DNA of 64,000 nt from Rhina ancylostomus (taxonomy: Eukaryota): NCBI GenBank assembly GCA_030265395.1, contig JARFYF010000002.1:39815987-39879986 (forward strand), written 5' to 3'. Numbering within the stretch: the stretch's first letter is position 1; each line of letters begins with the position of its first letter. Shown one piece after another: positions 40,537 through 52,830 of the stretch. The translations under genes and the position numbers were made by a program. The notes beneath the pieces are model-generated. The model did not search any database and had not been told where the DNA came from. It saw nothing but the letters and a program-made list of their open reading frames with translations.

Positions 40537-40880
40537 ACATCCCTCTATACACTTCCTATCCATGTACCTGCCCAAATGTCTTTTAAATGTAGTTATTTTA
40601 CCTACCTCAGCCACATTCTGTGGCATCTCATTCCATAAACGCACCACCTTCAGTATGAAGAAGCTGCTCCTCAGGTCCCTTTTAAATCTTTCCCTTCCCA
40701 CCTTAAAATTATGCCCTCTCGTATTTGATTTCCTTTCCCTGGGAAAAAGACTGTGTACATTTACCTTATCTATGCCCCTCAAGATTTTATACACCTCTAT
40801 AAGTTTTAGCTTAGATGGGCATCTTGGTTGGCATACATGACTCGGGCTGAAGGGCCTGTTTCCATGCCCTCTTACTCTAT
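40537..40880 (+). mobile_element. second CR1 3'-end insertion with internal inversion, nested in the older CR1
   Basis: 40537-40804 antisense (YKILRGIDKVN...RGHNFKV), 40806-40880 sense 3' UTR ending CTCTATG. Confidence 0.65.
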
Positions 40881-42219
40881 GACATCCCCAATAACTTTCC
40901 TGAGTACCCTAATCATTATGTCTTTCTCCACAGTAAAAACAGAGGAGAAATATTCATTCACAAACTTGCCCACCTCCTGTGGCTCCGCATATATGTGTCC
41001 ACTTTGGTATCTGAGGGGCCCTATTTTTTCCCTGCTTACTCTTTTTCCCTTAATATACATAAAATCTTTTTGGATTCTCCTTAATCTTCCCTGACAAAGC
41101 TTTCTCATGCCCCCTTTTTGACCTCCTCATTTCCTTCTTAAGCATCCTCCTGGATTGAGATTCACTTGATTCCAGCTGCCTGTACCTGACCTATACCTCC
41201 TCCTTTTTCCTGACCAGGTCCTCAATATCTCACGTCATGCAGGTTTTCCTACTCCTGCCAGCCTTGCACTTCACTCTAACATGAATATGCAGACCTTAAA
41301 CTCTCACTATTCTCACTTTTAAAAGCCTTCTAAAAACCCACAGCCGAATGTCACTTTGCCCACAAACACAAATTCAATCAACTTTTGCAAGTTCCTGTCT
41401 GATACTGTCAAAACTTATCTTGCCCCAATTTAGAACTTTAACTTGTGGACCTGTTTTGCCCTCATCTATAATTATTTTAAATCTAATGGAACTATGGTCA
41501 CTGGTCCCAAAGTGCTCCCCTACTGACACCTCAGTCACCTGCCTGCTTTATTTCCCAAGAGTAGATCAAGCTTTACCCTCTCCCTAGTAGGGTCCTCTAT
41601 ATATTGTCTGAGGAAACTTCCTCGAACACGATCTAGCACTATGGCAGTCCCTGTCCCTATTATGAAAGTTCAAATCCCCTACTATGACAACTCCATTATT
41701 CTTATAATTCTCCAAAACCTCCCTATATATTTGTTCCTCTAATTCTCCTTGCCTATCTGGGGCCTTATAATACTGTATCAACAAAGTGATCCCCTCCTTA
41801 TTTCTCAGCTCCATCCATAAAGCCTTACTGGATGATTCCTCAGTAATTTCATCCAAGACTGCTGCTGTGATGTTCTCTATAATCAAAAATGCAACTCTGT
41901 CTCCTCTCTTTCCGCCACCTCAATCCTGCCTGTATCACCTATGCCCTGAAACATTAAGCTGCCAGTCCTGTCCCTTCCTTAGCCATGTTTCTGTAATGCC
42001 TAAAATATCCTAGTCTCATGTGTCCAGCCATGCCCGGAGTTCATCTGCCTTACCTGCCAGGCCTCTTGCATTGAAATAAATGCCATTTAATTCAAGAGCC
42101 TTTCCTCACTCCCTGCCATGCTCCTGCCTATCTTAATTACTGAACTTGCTGTTGTTGACTTCTGTATCAACTTCCAGCCTCTTATCTGTCTCACAAATGC
42201 TTTGGATCCCACCACCCTC

Positions 42220-42340
42220 CAGGTGTTCCAGTTTCCTCCCACAGTCCAAAGACANNNNNNNNNNCCTAGAACATTAAATACAAAGATGCATTTCACTGTG
42301 TGGTTCTATGTACATGTGACTAATAAAGATCTCATCTCAT
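42220..42340 (+). mobile_element. SINE fragment nested in CR1
   Basis: GGTGTTCCAGTTTCCTCCCACAGTCCAAAGAC...TGTACATGTGACTAATAAAGATCTCATCTCATCT, same family as 55089-55380. Confidence 0.65.
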
Positions 42341-43959
42341 CTAGTTTAAACACTTCTCAGTGGCACTCGCAAATCTGCCCGCCAGGATATTGGTCCCCTT
42401 CCAGTTCGGGTACAACCCATCCCTCTTATACAAGTCACCCCAGTCCTAATGAAGATCCCAATGGTCCAAAAATCTGAGTCTCTGCCCTCCTGCACCAATT
42501 CTTCAGCCACACATTCATCTGGCCTATCCTTCTGTTTCTGCCCTCACCAACACATGGCACTGGGAGAAATCCAGAAATTACTACATTTATTAATGCAGCT
42601 AACTAAATTAGATTGGAAATAGCAAACCACGAATAAAGCATTCTGGGGTTTGGCAGAATAACAAGTTTCCCCCAGTTACTTCTCCATCATTTGTGCCAAA
42701 TGACATTAATTTACAGAAGCTCCCCATTGTGAGATAGTTCTAAATAGTTTCACTGACACTTAGTTTTCTCTAATGTAGCACTTGAGTCCATAACCTTCAG
42801 ACTGGATTGCTACCACATCAGCATGGGTCCAGTGATGAAGGAACCTCAGTCTTCTGACTTTGTTCAAGAGTTACAAGATATTAGCTGCCTCTAAAAATGT
42901 GAGCTCGACTATTGTGGAAATTGACAAATTAAGCATGCCACCATAGTAGAGGAATCAATTCAGGATAGTGATTGAAAAGAAATGTGGTGGTGGTCAGAAA
43001 ATGTATAGTCAGAATAGATACTGTACTCTGCAGCCAGTAGCATGAATCCCAAAGACAGTATTGCCTATCTGGTGCCAGTGTTTGGGACATTTCCTTGGGA
43101 CAGGAAGGGATTAATATTTGAATTCATTTGTTAATTGACAGCTAATAAATTAGTATTGATCACTCGTCCTCATGGGAGCCAAGAATATAGTAATGAGAAA
43201 ATTCTGCCTGGTAGTATGAGGAACAAAGGTGTAAATTACCAAACGGAATTATAAATGTTATAACTTTTGGATTAGTAACTGAGCTGTATTTAAATCAGCA
43301 CAAAATAAAACAGATCAGAGGATTGAATTGAGTGATTCAGAGAATGGTGTGGAAGGGAAGTGGTTTCGATTTAGAGGACACTAGCACTGGTATTGGCAAA
43401 AGGTAGCAATGTTCCATTCGGGTGGGCTTCGTTTGAATCAAGTTGCAACCAATGTTCTGGCAAATTGAGTAACTTAGCTTTAAGCTAAGTGTGTATGCAT
43501 GTAAAATGCTTTCCCTTTTTATTAATGGTTCAATGACAATCAACAAGCTGAGGCTCCAGGGTCATGTGGCGAAGTGAGTGAGTTCCAAGATTATGGTGTT
43601 TGTGGTGGTGGAGGTTAGAAAGTAGTTGTCCAATGCAAACAGGTAGGTTGGCAGGGGGAATAGAAGAAGAATCTGAGGCAAAGTGGCAGACCAGCAATCC
43701 AGGATAGCATCAGTGTCTGGATAGGGGCAGATATTGATAAATGCTTCTTTTGGAAACTCATATGCAACTTCTTTTTCCACTAAGACATGTAATTGATGCA
43801 TTAATTTACACTACTCTGATTTATTGACACCTGATTTAATTAATGAGGAAAATCCACAGTGCAGCTCATGCAAGTGTCACCAAATAAGGTTTCCTCATAT
43901 ACCAATAACATTATAATTACTCAAAGTATACAATATACATTTTTGAGAAGATACAGGGC

Positions 43960-44425
43960 AATCCAGACACATTGCAAATTTCTATAGATGTACAGAGGAG
44001 ACCATCACAGCCTGGTATGGAGGCTCCAATGCACAGGATGGCAAGGGGCTGCAGAGGGTTGTAGACTCAGCTAGCTCCATCACAGGCACAACCCTCCCCA
44101 CCATCAAGGATATCTTCAAGAGGCGATGACTCAAGAAGATGGCATCCATCACAAAGGACCCTCATCATCCAGAACATGCCTTCTTTGCCTACCATCAGGA
44201 AGGAGGTACAGAAGCCTGAGACCCACATTCAATGATTTAGGAACAGCTTCTTCCCCTCCACCATCAGATTTCTGAATGGTCTATGAACCCATGAAAACTA
44301 CTTCATTATTTCTTTGTTTTGCATTATTTATTTTGTAATAATTTTAATGTCGTTACACTGTACTGCTGCCGCAAAACAACAAATTTCATGTCAAATAAGT
44401 CAATGATAATAAACTTGATTCTGAT
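43960..44425 (+). mobile_element. Rex1/Babar-like LINE 3' fragment
   Basis: ATCACAGCCTGGTATGG...CTGCAGAGGGTTGTAGAC...CCATCAGGAAGGAGGTACAG; tail GATAATAAACTTGATTCTGA. Confidence 0.7.
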
Positions 44426-46949
44426 ACCATTTACTAGATGTTTATCAGCTGCCAAGGAAAGACTTTGAGCAGCCTATTTACCATCTGGAGCATCAAAGCC
44501 ATCTCATCAGCATTTTCACCACTTATTATTTCTCAGTTTGCCTGAAAACACTTGGTTTAAGAATCCTACATTTAGAAGTTTTTTATTTAATTTTATCAGT
44601 AAAATCATGGTCAAGATATCTCAAAAGTTGTCCATTGACTCAGAACTTGAAGAATTTTCTGTTTTTGTTAGGTATCTAGCAAGATTAAATTTTAAATGTT
44701 AAACTACTGTCAGATATCTGAGTATTTAGGAGGTACTTCCTGCATTTCAACATTCATTACATATTTTTAAAATGATATCCAATTTCTTTTCGGAATTTTA
44801 AGATGTGGGACAACAACTAGTAGTTATACAACACATTTAAAGTTGATTCAATAATAATATTAGCAGAACTAAATAAAGTCCATTAGAAAATGTTATCTTT
44901 TGCTTGAACTGTTGATGTAGGCATACTTCTATATTTTTGATGTGATATCATTGCTTCTTCAATTTCAGTTCCTGCAACTAAGATTACTCAATCCACTTTA
45001 ATGCAAAGTAAAAATCACCTCACAACCACAGGCATTGCGTAGCAGATATGAAAGATATTCTATGGTACATCCAATCAGAACTAGTAAATCAGAACAGCTA
45101 CTGATTAAACATTTCAAGTAACTATTACTGACATCACAGCTTCAAAACTATAATCTTAACTGATATGCAATAATAGCCAATTAGTAATTTAATTAATAGT
45201 TGTTGTTACCTCATTAGTTCAAAACAATTAGAATACCTAATATTCACTATTTTAAAATCAGACATGGACATCATTTATCAGTATCTACCTTATATTGCAG
45301 TAGTTCAAATGAAGAACAATTAATATGCCAGGTAATGGAATGATAATGCCCATCTCATTATAACTGCAGAAAGTTAGAAAAATATTGGTCTGCATTTCTC
45401 TGGGGTACAACAGCAATTCAGCACAGAACTACCAGCATTTCTCAGCACAAGTACAAGTATGTTTTGGGACTCCCACAGAGACAAAATTACTGCCAGAGTT
45501 CCAATAACTGTGCTCTGCTGCCAGAATTCAACTACGGAGCAGTAGCTTGCTGAGATACCCCAGCATTTTCCTGGAAAATTTTTTTCTAACAGTCTGCTCT
45601 AAATTGGACCATAATTTTCTTGTTCCAATCATTTCATGAAAAAAAGCTACATTACTTTTAATAAAAACAAATGCAATTTTTTTTCTTGATGTATGTACCT
45701 ATCTATCTCTATCTGACTGTATTTATGACCTTCAATTTTTTTCAGAATTTTAAATTATGGGACAACAAGTAGACAATTTAAATGGTAATTAGGGTGCAGA
45801 TTTTTTAAGAACACTAAATTAAACTGGATTTGTTTTTGCATTAATTTGCAACTTAAGATCACAAACCAGAATATGAGACTTCAGAAATTAAGCTCTAAGT
45901 AGGATGTAGCATAGTCTTTATAAAGACTGTACTTTGTGCAAAATAGTACCAGTTCATCTGTCATTTGGTTTTCAACATTTTTATATACTTGTCTTTAATT
46001 TGTTCAGGAGGTAAAAACAAGCTGCAATGGGTTGTATATAGTAACTTATCCCAGCACAGAATTTAACCAGATACTCACTAATGGGATGTGTTTCAGTTCA
46101 TAATATAGCCTGTGGGACAAAATGCAAAAAAACACTTTGGAAAAGGAGCAATTAGATAAAGTTACATTCAAAATTTTCATGTACCAGAAGGGGTATTCGG
46201 TATATCCCACAAAACTTGTAGATTAAGTTTAGAATTGCACCAAGTACATTGACCTCTGTAATTAGATTCTGGAAAAAACATTCAGCTCATGAACCATGCT
46301 ACAGGAATATGAATTTATAACATCCCACCCCCCATGTTTTCTCAAATAAAGGAGACCCCTTGGTAATATACATTGTATCACAGTAATGTTCCTCCAGTGC
46401 TAAGTAAACACACAATGTTACTCTTCAAACACACTTCCCTTAAATGTATTCCCAAATGGGTTTTAAAAGTGACTGAATTACAAAGANNNNNNNNNNTCAA
46501 AATTTCAAAAATTGATTCCTAATTCTGAATCCAAATTACAGTAACCAACTAAAGGTAGTCCATTTTAGAATTAAATCACTTTTTGCATCTGAGACTTCAA
46601 TCATTCAGAATTTAGATAAGTCATTCAACTTTGACTGGAATTTAAATATCTATGCTAATTAACATGGCCCAAGTAAATTATTCCACTCTATTTTCGAGTG
46701 ATTTCAGGATTCTAGGTCTGATCAGAAAATATCTAGGTGCAAGCAAACTAGATAGTAGCAGCAGTATATTGCATCCCATTATTTAAATTCAGTTCAAGCT
46801 CTTTCAATTAATATATGGGCCAAGTTCATGCACAGTTAAAATTTGTCATAAATTAAAATTATGATCAAAAAGGAAAATAAAGCCGTGAAATACATTATTT
46901 AACTGCCACATTTAAATTTGTTTTAATGTCANNNNNNNGAAACAATTGA

Positions 46950-47211
46950 CACAATTAGAAAAAAAATCAGCAATTTTCTTTAATCTTATCAAGATTTTAG
47001 AAAGATGCAAATACATTTCTACATTGTCATTAAAATTTTTCCTATTGCCAAAGGCCACTCCCAAAGGATGCAATGCAACATTGACCACGAGAAACTCCCT
47101 AACTTGTTGTAACATTTTGATATTTTAAAAAAGTACAGACTGCATAATTAATGCTTCCACTTAAACAGGAGGAGCCATAAAATTATCTGTAGAACCACCT
47201 CTATATAAATA
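46950..47211 (+). promoter_or_regulatory. proximal promoter of col10a1 copy C (TATA 47202-47211)
   Basis: CTATATAAATA with upstream blocks alignable to the copy B promoter (TGCCAAAG, ACCAC.AGAAA..C.CTAAC.TG, CATAATTA, AGGAGGAG). Confidence 0.7.
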
Positions 47212-47231
47212 CAACGGGATTCATCACTTTA

Positions 47232-47306
47232 AAGTTATTTTTCATCCAGTTCAATCTGTTGGAAAACCTTTGCAGAAGAGCAAGTCCACGAAGACCACAA
47301 ACACCG
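47232..47306 (+). other. col10a1: col10a1 copy C non-coding exon 1 (start approximate)
   Basis: Follows TATA; donor CCG|GTATGTTTG matches the copy B exon 1 donor. Confidence 0.65.
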
Positions 47307-47661
47307 GTATGTTTGTTTAGAATTTTGTTCAGAGTTTTGTCAATATACAGAAGAATAAGGAAATATGGGATCTAGTTCACTGGCTTCATCAGCATTACAT
47401 TCTGTGTCCTTTAAACACTCTCAATGTCCATGTGTCAAAATCTTGCAGCTAAACTATTGACTGCTGACATTTTGCTTTTACCTGCTTAGCAAGAAATGTT
47501 CTGGGAAACTGCTGGATTTTAAAATCAAACCTGGCATGTAACACCTTTCAGATATGATTATGACTGCTGTTAATTATTTCAAAGGGCTCCACATAAGAGG
47601 GACAAAATAAAACATTTTGTGAGTATTTCTAAATCGAAAGATTTAGATCAATCCATCCATC

Positions 47662-49465
47662 CATAGGATAGCTAGAGTGAGGGTAGGACCAATCAGGGAT
47701 AAAAGAGGAAATATGTGCCCGAGTTGGAAGAGGTAGGGGAGGTCTTTAATGAATACTTTGCTTCAGTATTCACTCATGCGAGAGACCTTGACATTTGTGA
47801 GGATAGCGTACAACAAGCTGATACACTAGGGCATGTCGATGTGAGGAAAGAGGATGTGCTGGAACTTCTGAAAAATATTAGGATAAATAAGTCACTGGGG
47901 CCAGACGGGATATATCCAAGGTTATACGGGAAGCCAGGGACGANNNNNNNNNNNNNNNNNNNNNNNNNNNNNNNNNNNNNNNNNNNNNNNNNNNNNNNNN
48001 NNNNNNNNNNNNNNNNNNNNNNNNNNNNNNNNNNNNNNNNNNNNNNNNNNNNNNNNNNNNNNNNNNNNNNNNNNNNNNNNNNNNNNNNNNNNNNNNNNNN
48101 NNNNNNNNNNNNNNNNNNNNNNNNNNNNNNNNNNNNNNNNNNNNNNNNNNNNNNNNNNNNNNNNNNNNNNNNNNNNNNNNNNNNNNNNNNNNNNNNNNNN
48201 NNNNNNNNNNNNNNNNNNNNNNNNNNNNNNNNNNNNNNNNNNNNNNNNNNNNNNNNNNNNNNNNNNNNNNNNNNNNNNNNNNNNNNNNNNNNNNNNNNNN
48301 NNNNNNNNNNNNNNNNNNNNNNNNNNNNNNNNNNNNNNNNNNNNNNNNNNNNNNNNNNNNNNNNNNNNNNNNNNNNNNNNNNNNNNNNNNNNNNNNNNNN
48401 NNNNNNNNNNNNNNNNNNNNNNNNNNNNNNNNNNNNNNNNNNNNNNNNNNNNNNNNNNNNNNNNNNNNNNNNNNNNNNNNNNNNNNNNNNNNNNNNNNNN
48501 NNNNNNNNNNNNNNNNNNNNNNNNNNNNNNNNNNNNNNNNNNNNNNNNNNNNNNNNNNNNNNNNNNNNNNNNNNNNNNNNNNNNNNNNNNNNNNNNNNNN
48601 NNNNNNNNNNNNNNNNNNNNNNNNNNNNNNNNNNNNNNNNNNNNNNNNNNNNNNNNNNNNNNNNNNNNNNNNNNNNNNNNNNNNNNNNNNNNNNNNNNNN
48701 NNNNNNNNNNNNNNNNNNNNNNNNNNNNNNNNNNNNNNNNNNNNNNNNNNNNNNNATTCACTGTGGGGTTGTTGCGAGGAAAGGCACTGGAATGGGCCAC
48801 GGCCATTTGGGACCACCAGCCAGAGACCTGCTTCTCGTTTCACACCTTCATCGAGGAGATGAGAAAGGTCTTTGATCAACATTGTGACATCTGGTTAGAC
48901 CACACTTGGAGTATTGTGTTCAGTACTGGTCATCTTGTTATAGGAAGGATGTGGAAGCTTTAGAGGGGGTGCAGAGGAGATCTACCAGGATGCTGTCTGG
49001 ATTAGAGAGCATGTCTTATGAGGATAGATTGAGCGAACTAGGGCTTTTCTCTTTGTAGAGAAGGAGGGTGAGAGGTGACTTGATAGAGGTGTACAAGATG
49101 ATAAGAAGCACAGATTGAGCAGACAGTCAGAGACTTTTACTCAGGGTGAAAATGACTAACACAAGAGGGCATAATGTTAAGGTGATTGGAGGAAGGTATA
49201 AGGGGGATGTCAGAGGTAAGCTGTTTACACAGAGAGTGGTGGGTGCATGGAACGCACTGTTGGCAGAGGTTGTGGAGGCTGATACATTAGTAACATTTAA
49301 GACAGTCTTAGATAGCCACATGAATGATAGAGAAATGGGAGGGAAGGGTTGACATTTGGGAGGAAAGTACTTGATAGATATTAAAGCAGGATAAAATGTC
49401 GGCACAACATTGTGGTCCAAAAGGCCTGAACTGTGCTGTAGTGTTCTGTGTTTTATGTTCTATCT
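47662..49465 (+). mobile_element. CR1 LINE pieces flanking an ~810-N gap in intron 1 of copy C
   Basis: EVFNEYFASVFT...KSLGPDGIYPRL before the gap; [11 protein letters not shown]...TRGHNVKVIGGRYKGDVRG and TTCTGTGTTTTATGTTCTAT tail after it. Confidence 0.85.
48757..48880 (+). mobile_element. Ty3/Gypsy (Sushi-like) gag fragment
   Basis: GLLRGKALEWATAIWDHQPETCFSFHTFIEEMRKVFD matches the retrotransposon-gag LLxGxALxWA...W...F..E...VF pattern. Confidence 0.7.
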
Positions 49466-49664
49466 GGTGTGCTTTTCCTCTTTCCACAGATGTGAGTGAA
49501 AATGCCTGTCAAACTTTGAAATTGACAACTGTTTTATCAAAGTAGTTTTTGCTCATGTAAAAATTGGAGGGAAATATATTGCATTGCCTCAACTCAAATG
49601 TCCTTGAATGTTGTTTTCTTTTAATGCTTCTCAATGTTGCTTTTTCTAACATTATAGATGCAAC

Positions 49665-49776
49665 ATGGTTTCAAAAGAAATTAGTGCACTTCTGCTATTG
49701 CTACCACTGAACCTGGTTTATGGAACTGATCTTATCAGATATGTATATCCAGCCTATAATATAAAAAGCTACGGGA
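49665..49776 (+). CDS. col10a1: col10a1 copy C exon 2 coding part: signal peptide + start of NC2 (MVSKEISALLLLLPLNLVYGTDLIRYVYPAYNIKSYG)
   Basis: Acceptor TTTTTCTAACATTATAG at 49657, Kozak AACATGG, 112 coding nt as in copy B, phase-1 donor A|GTAAGT, ungapped similarity to copy B exon 2. Confidence 0.85.
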
Positions 49777-50254
49777 GTAAGTCTGTATTTTATCCTTAAA
49801 TATTTATTTGGAATAGTTACAGCTTATATAATGCAATAGACAGATAAAGATGACAAAATTAGCTGTAATTTAAATGCAAGCTGATCACTGTTCTTAAGTT
49901 TAACTGTAGTTTGATTTTAAGCCTATGCCTTATTTTGTGTTCCACAAGTAGACTGCACTTGGGGAAAAGGGAGAAAAATAACTAAAAATGTAACTCTGAA
50001 CTGATCAACCAGCAAGGCATAAGTACTAATCATTTACTAAGATTTGTAACAAGCATTCCCTCAGGTAAATTAATTTCCAAGATCCCTCCAGTAAGTTCAG
50101 TTGAAACTAATTCCCACAGAGATAATAGGATATGGTTCAAGTCCAAAGAGCCACTCAGCAGATTGTCTCAAAGCATTATAATACTGCTCAAAACATGCTC
50201 AATCTACACCACACATTTACTTAAAAGGCTAAACATCTGGTCACAAAAATTAGC

Positions 50255-50420
50255 GTGGTTATGGTGTGACAAGATTTACCTCTTGGTCAGAAGATTGTGG
50301 GTTCTATCCCCATTCTAGACTTAAGCACATCATCAATGCAGATACTTCAGCGCAGTACTCAGGAAATGCTGCATGGTCAGAGGTGCTACTTTTATACAAA
50401 ATCCTTAAATCAGACTCCAA
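50255..50420 (+). mobile_element. old SINE (Deu/SacSINE1-like) fragment
   Basis: GTCAGAAGATTGTGGGTTC...CTTCAGCGCAGTACTCAGGAAATGCTGCA..GTCAGAGGTGC. Confidence 0.45.
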
Positions 50421-52699
50421 TTTAGAGGTCTGCTAAAGAATAAAATTAAAACTGGACCCAAATACAGCCAACCCAAAATTAACACTGGCNNNNNNNNNNA
50501 CTGATATTATTTCCATATCCAACATGACTATCAATCATGCTATTGATCTGTTTGAAGATAAAAACCCAAATAATAGAGAACAAATGTGGTCATACAAAGA
50601 TAATTAACTTCATAAGTGAAGTACTGAGCCCAGCTGGCAAGGCAGGGCCTGGCTCAACCCAAACCACACTTAAGTATTTTATCAGAATATACACCTTGCC
50701 GACCTCAACACAGTACATGGAGTTGGGTCTTATCTGGCTCATTCGGGCAGCCAAGCTCTATTCTGAATGCCTACAAGTGGGTAAAAGAGGGGCATTTTTC
50801 TAATAGTACTCTAGACAATTTTTATCCCTCATACAATACTATCAAAACAGAGTTACTAGATATTCACTGCATTGCTGAGTAAACGTTAGCTGATATACTT
50901 ACTGGCATAATCACTGCAATTATATTCCAAAGACTGCTAATTGGCTGCAAGTGCTTTAAGGCATCCTGAAGATGAGTATGATAATATCTTAATTTAGTTC
51001 TTTCTTCTTTAGTATAGTTTCCAACAAGCTGATAGTTACTGTTGCTGTCATCAGTTACTTTTCACTGGAAATTGTACCCATTCATATCTGTTTACATGTA
51101 TAAATCACTCATAAAAATCATTTTCCACATGTTTTGAAGTGTTTGCACCCATTACCATTGAAGCCCCAACTATCGAGATGTTGGCCCAGTCACAATTCAC
51201 CCTGGCCACTTCCCTACTTTCACATGATCATATGATCACATGTATTAGGCATAGTATGACTTACTTCCTTTCTGACTGAAACTGTGTCAGAAGGTTATGA
51301 GATGCAACCTTCATTTTTCACTGACAGTATCACAAGGAGCAAATTATGCAAGGGAGCATACATGCATGAAAGGGTCCCTGGTAGAACATTGTTTTTAAGT
51401 ACTGATTCTTACACTTTTGTTTTTATTTGCTGATCTTTAACTGAAATCACCACATCTCTAAATTGTGCACCTCCGTGGACCCCAATTCTACCCCTTCTCT
51501 CTGTTTTCCCTCATCACCATTGCAACCTGTGTGGTTGCCATGGAGAGTGCACTTCAACGAAGTTGAACTACTTCCCAGCAAACAGAACGAAAATGATGCA
51601 GTAGCTACAAACTCTGCAAGCATCTGGTTTCTACAAATGAATAGGTTGTATTCTACCATTTCTAAACAAGAAGAAACCATGATAATAATTTCTTAAAATG
51701 AATTTTGGGTGAACCTAATTTAGTGTTAACACCATATACAAAACGGCGTCAAGAACATGTCAAGAAACTGTGAATTTCAACATCTCAGCACTTCTGTGAG
51801 AAAACTGGACTCCAATAAGCAACATAATTTCTAATTTGCTTGGATGATTTGCATATCAAAAGTATTAAATATAAAATACCCAAAATGCCTTGAGTGGCTT
51901 CCTGTAGTAAAAGAAATTTGCAAGCTTACATTAAATCTAATTACTGTAAAATTACATAAAGAACAATTTACAATTAATACAGAAAAAACTTTTATTAAAA
52001 TAATATTCTATCTCAAAAGACTAATTTTTGCAAAGATAAACAGAAAATTAGCATATCTTCAATCAGTATATATACCCAGAAGTAAAGCTAAAATAAAGAT
52101 AAGTAGGTTTAATTAGTGACTGAAAAATTCACAAGAACTTGTTAATTCTGTACATCAGATAATAAGTAAAATCAGAGTTTTCACAAGTCTATCAAATTTG
52201 TTGATGCAATCTTTCACCAAGGAAAATTAATTTAAATATATTTTCTGATCTTGATATGGAACAGTTTTCTTTTAATCGATAATGTTTGCCATTGGGAAAT
52301 CATGCCTCATTTTTGTTCCTTGCATCCTATCTAAAATTTTATGCAAACGCTGAACAATCAGTAAGAAGACTTTGGGCCACAATTCATTTTTGTACATTCT
52401 ATCAGTGAGATATGGAAAAGACAGTTGCAATGAAATCCAACTGCTTAAACACTCCAGTTAACTGCTGAAACAAAATTATTTCATTGATCCAGAAATAGCA
52501 TGCCACAGATTTCTCATACATTCTTTTTGTCTTTCATCTGTAACGTTCACAGTAAAATGTAAAATTAAAACGCATAATACAATATTTATTGCAAACCTCT
52601 CTCTCTATTGAATTATATTCTCCAAAAGATTAAAGTCCAAGAATTAGAAGTGGAATTCTCCAATTTCAGGGATTTGCACTCAGCAGCTTGTGGATATAG

Positions 52700-52830
52700 C
52701 AAGTTCTGATAAAGGGTCCCGGACCTGAAACATTACTTATTTCTCTTTCCACAGATGCTGCCTGACCTGCTGAGTTTTTCCAGAAGTTTCTGGATTTTTT
52801 TCAGATTCCCAACATTTACAGTTTTTGTTC
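52700..52830. repeat. single arm of the GATGCTGCCTGACCTGCTGAG repeat family
   Basis: TTCTGATAAAGGGTC...CCTGAAAC...CCACAGATGCTGCCTGACCTGCTGAG; relatives near 3790-3910, 19013-19090, 38489-38890, 56745-56815. Confidence 0.65.

Larger units (their letters stand above)
38945..42590 (-). mobile_element. long degraded CR1 LINE (ORF1 esterase end, endonuclease, RT, 3' UTR) with nested insertions
   Basis: Minus strand: GDLYKRDGLYPNWKGTNILAGRFA (ORF1 SGNH-like), ALWMELRNKEG...VVIVGDLNF (APE), KSLGPD, LVRLHLEYYFQFWSP. Confidence 0.85.

Noticed and set aside
47715-48882. Long ORFs of 294-386 aa
   Set aside because: Mostly N; flanks are transposon fragments. The same applies to ORFs across gaps near 18.8, 20.4, 38.6 and 53.9 kb
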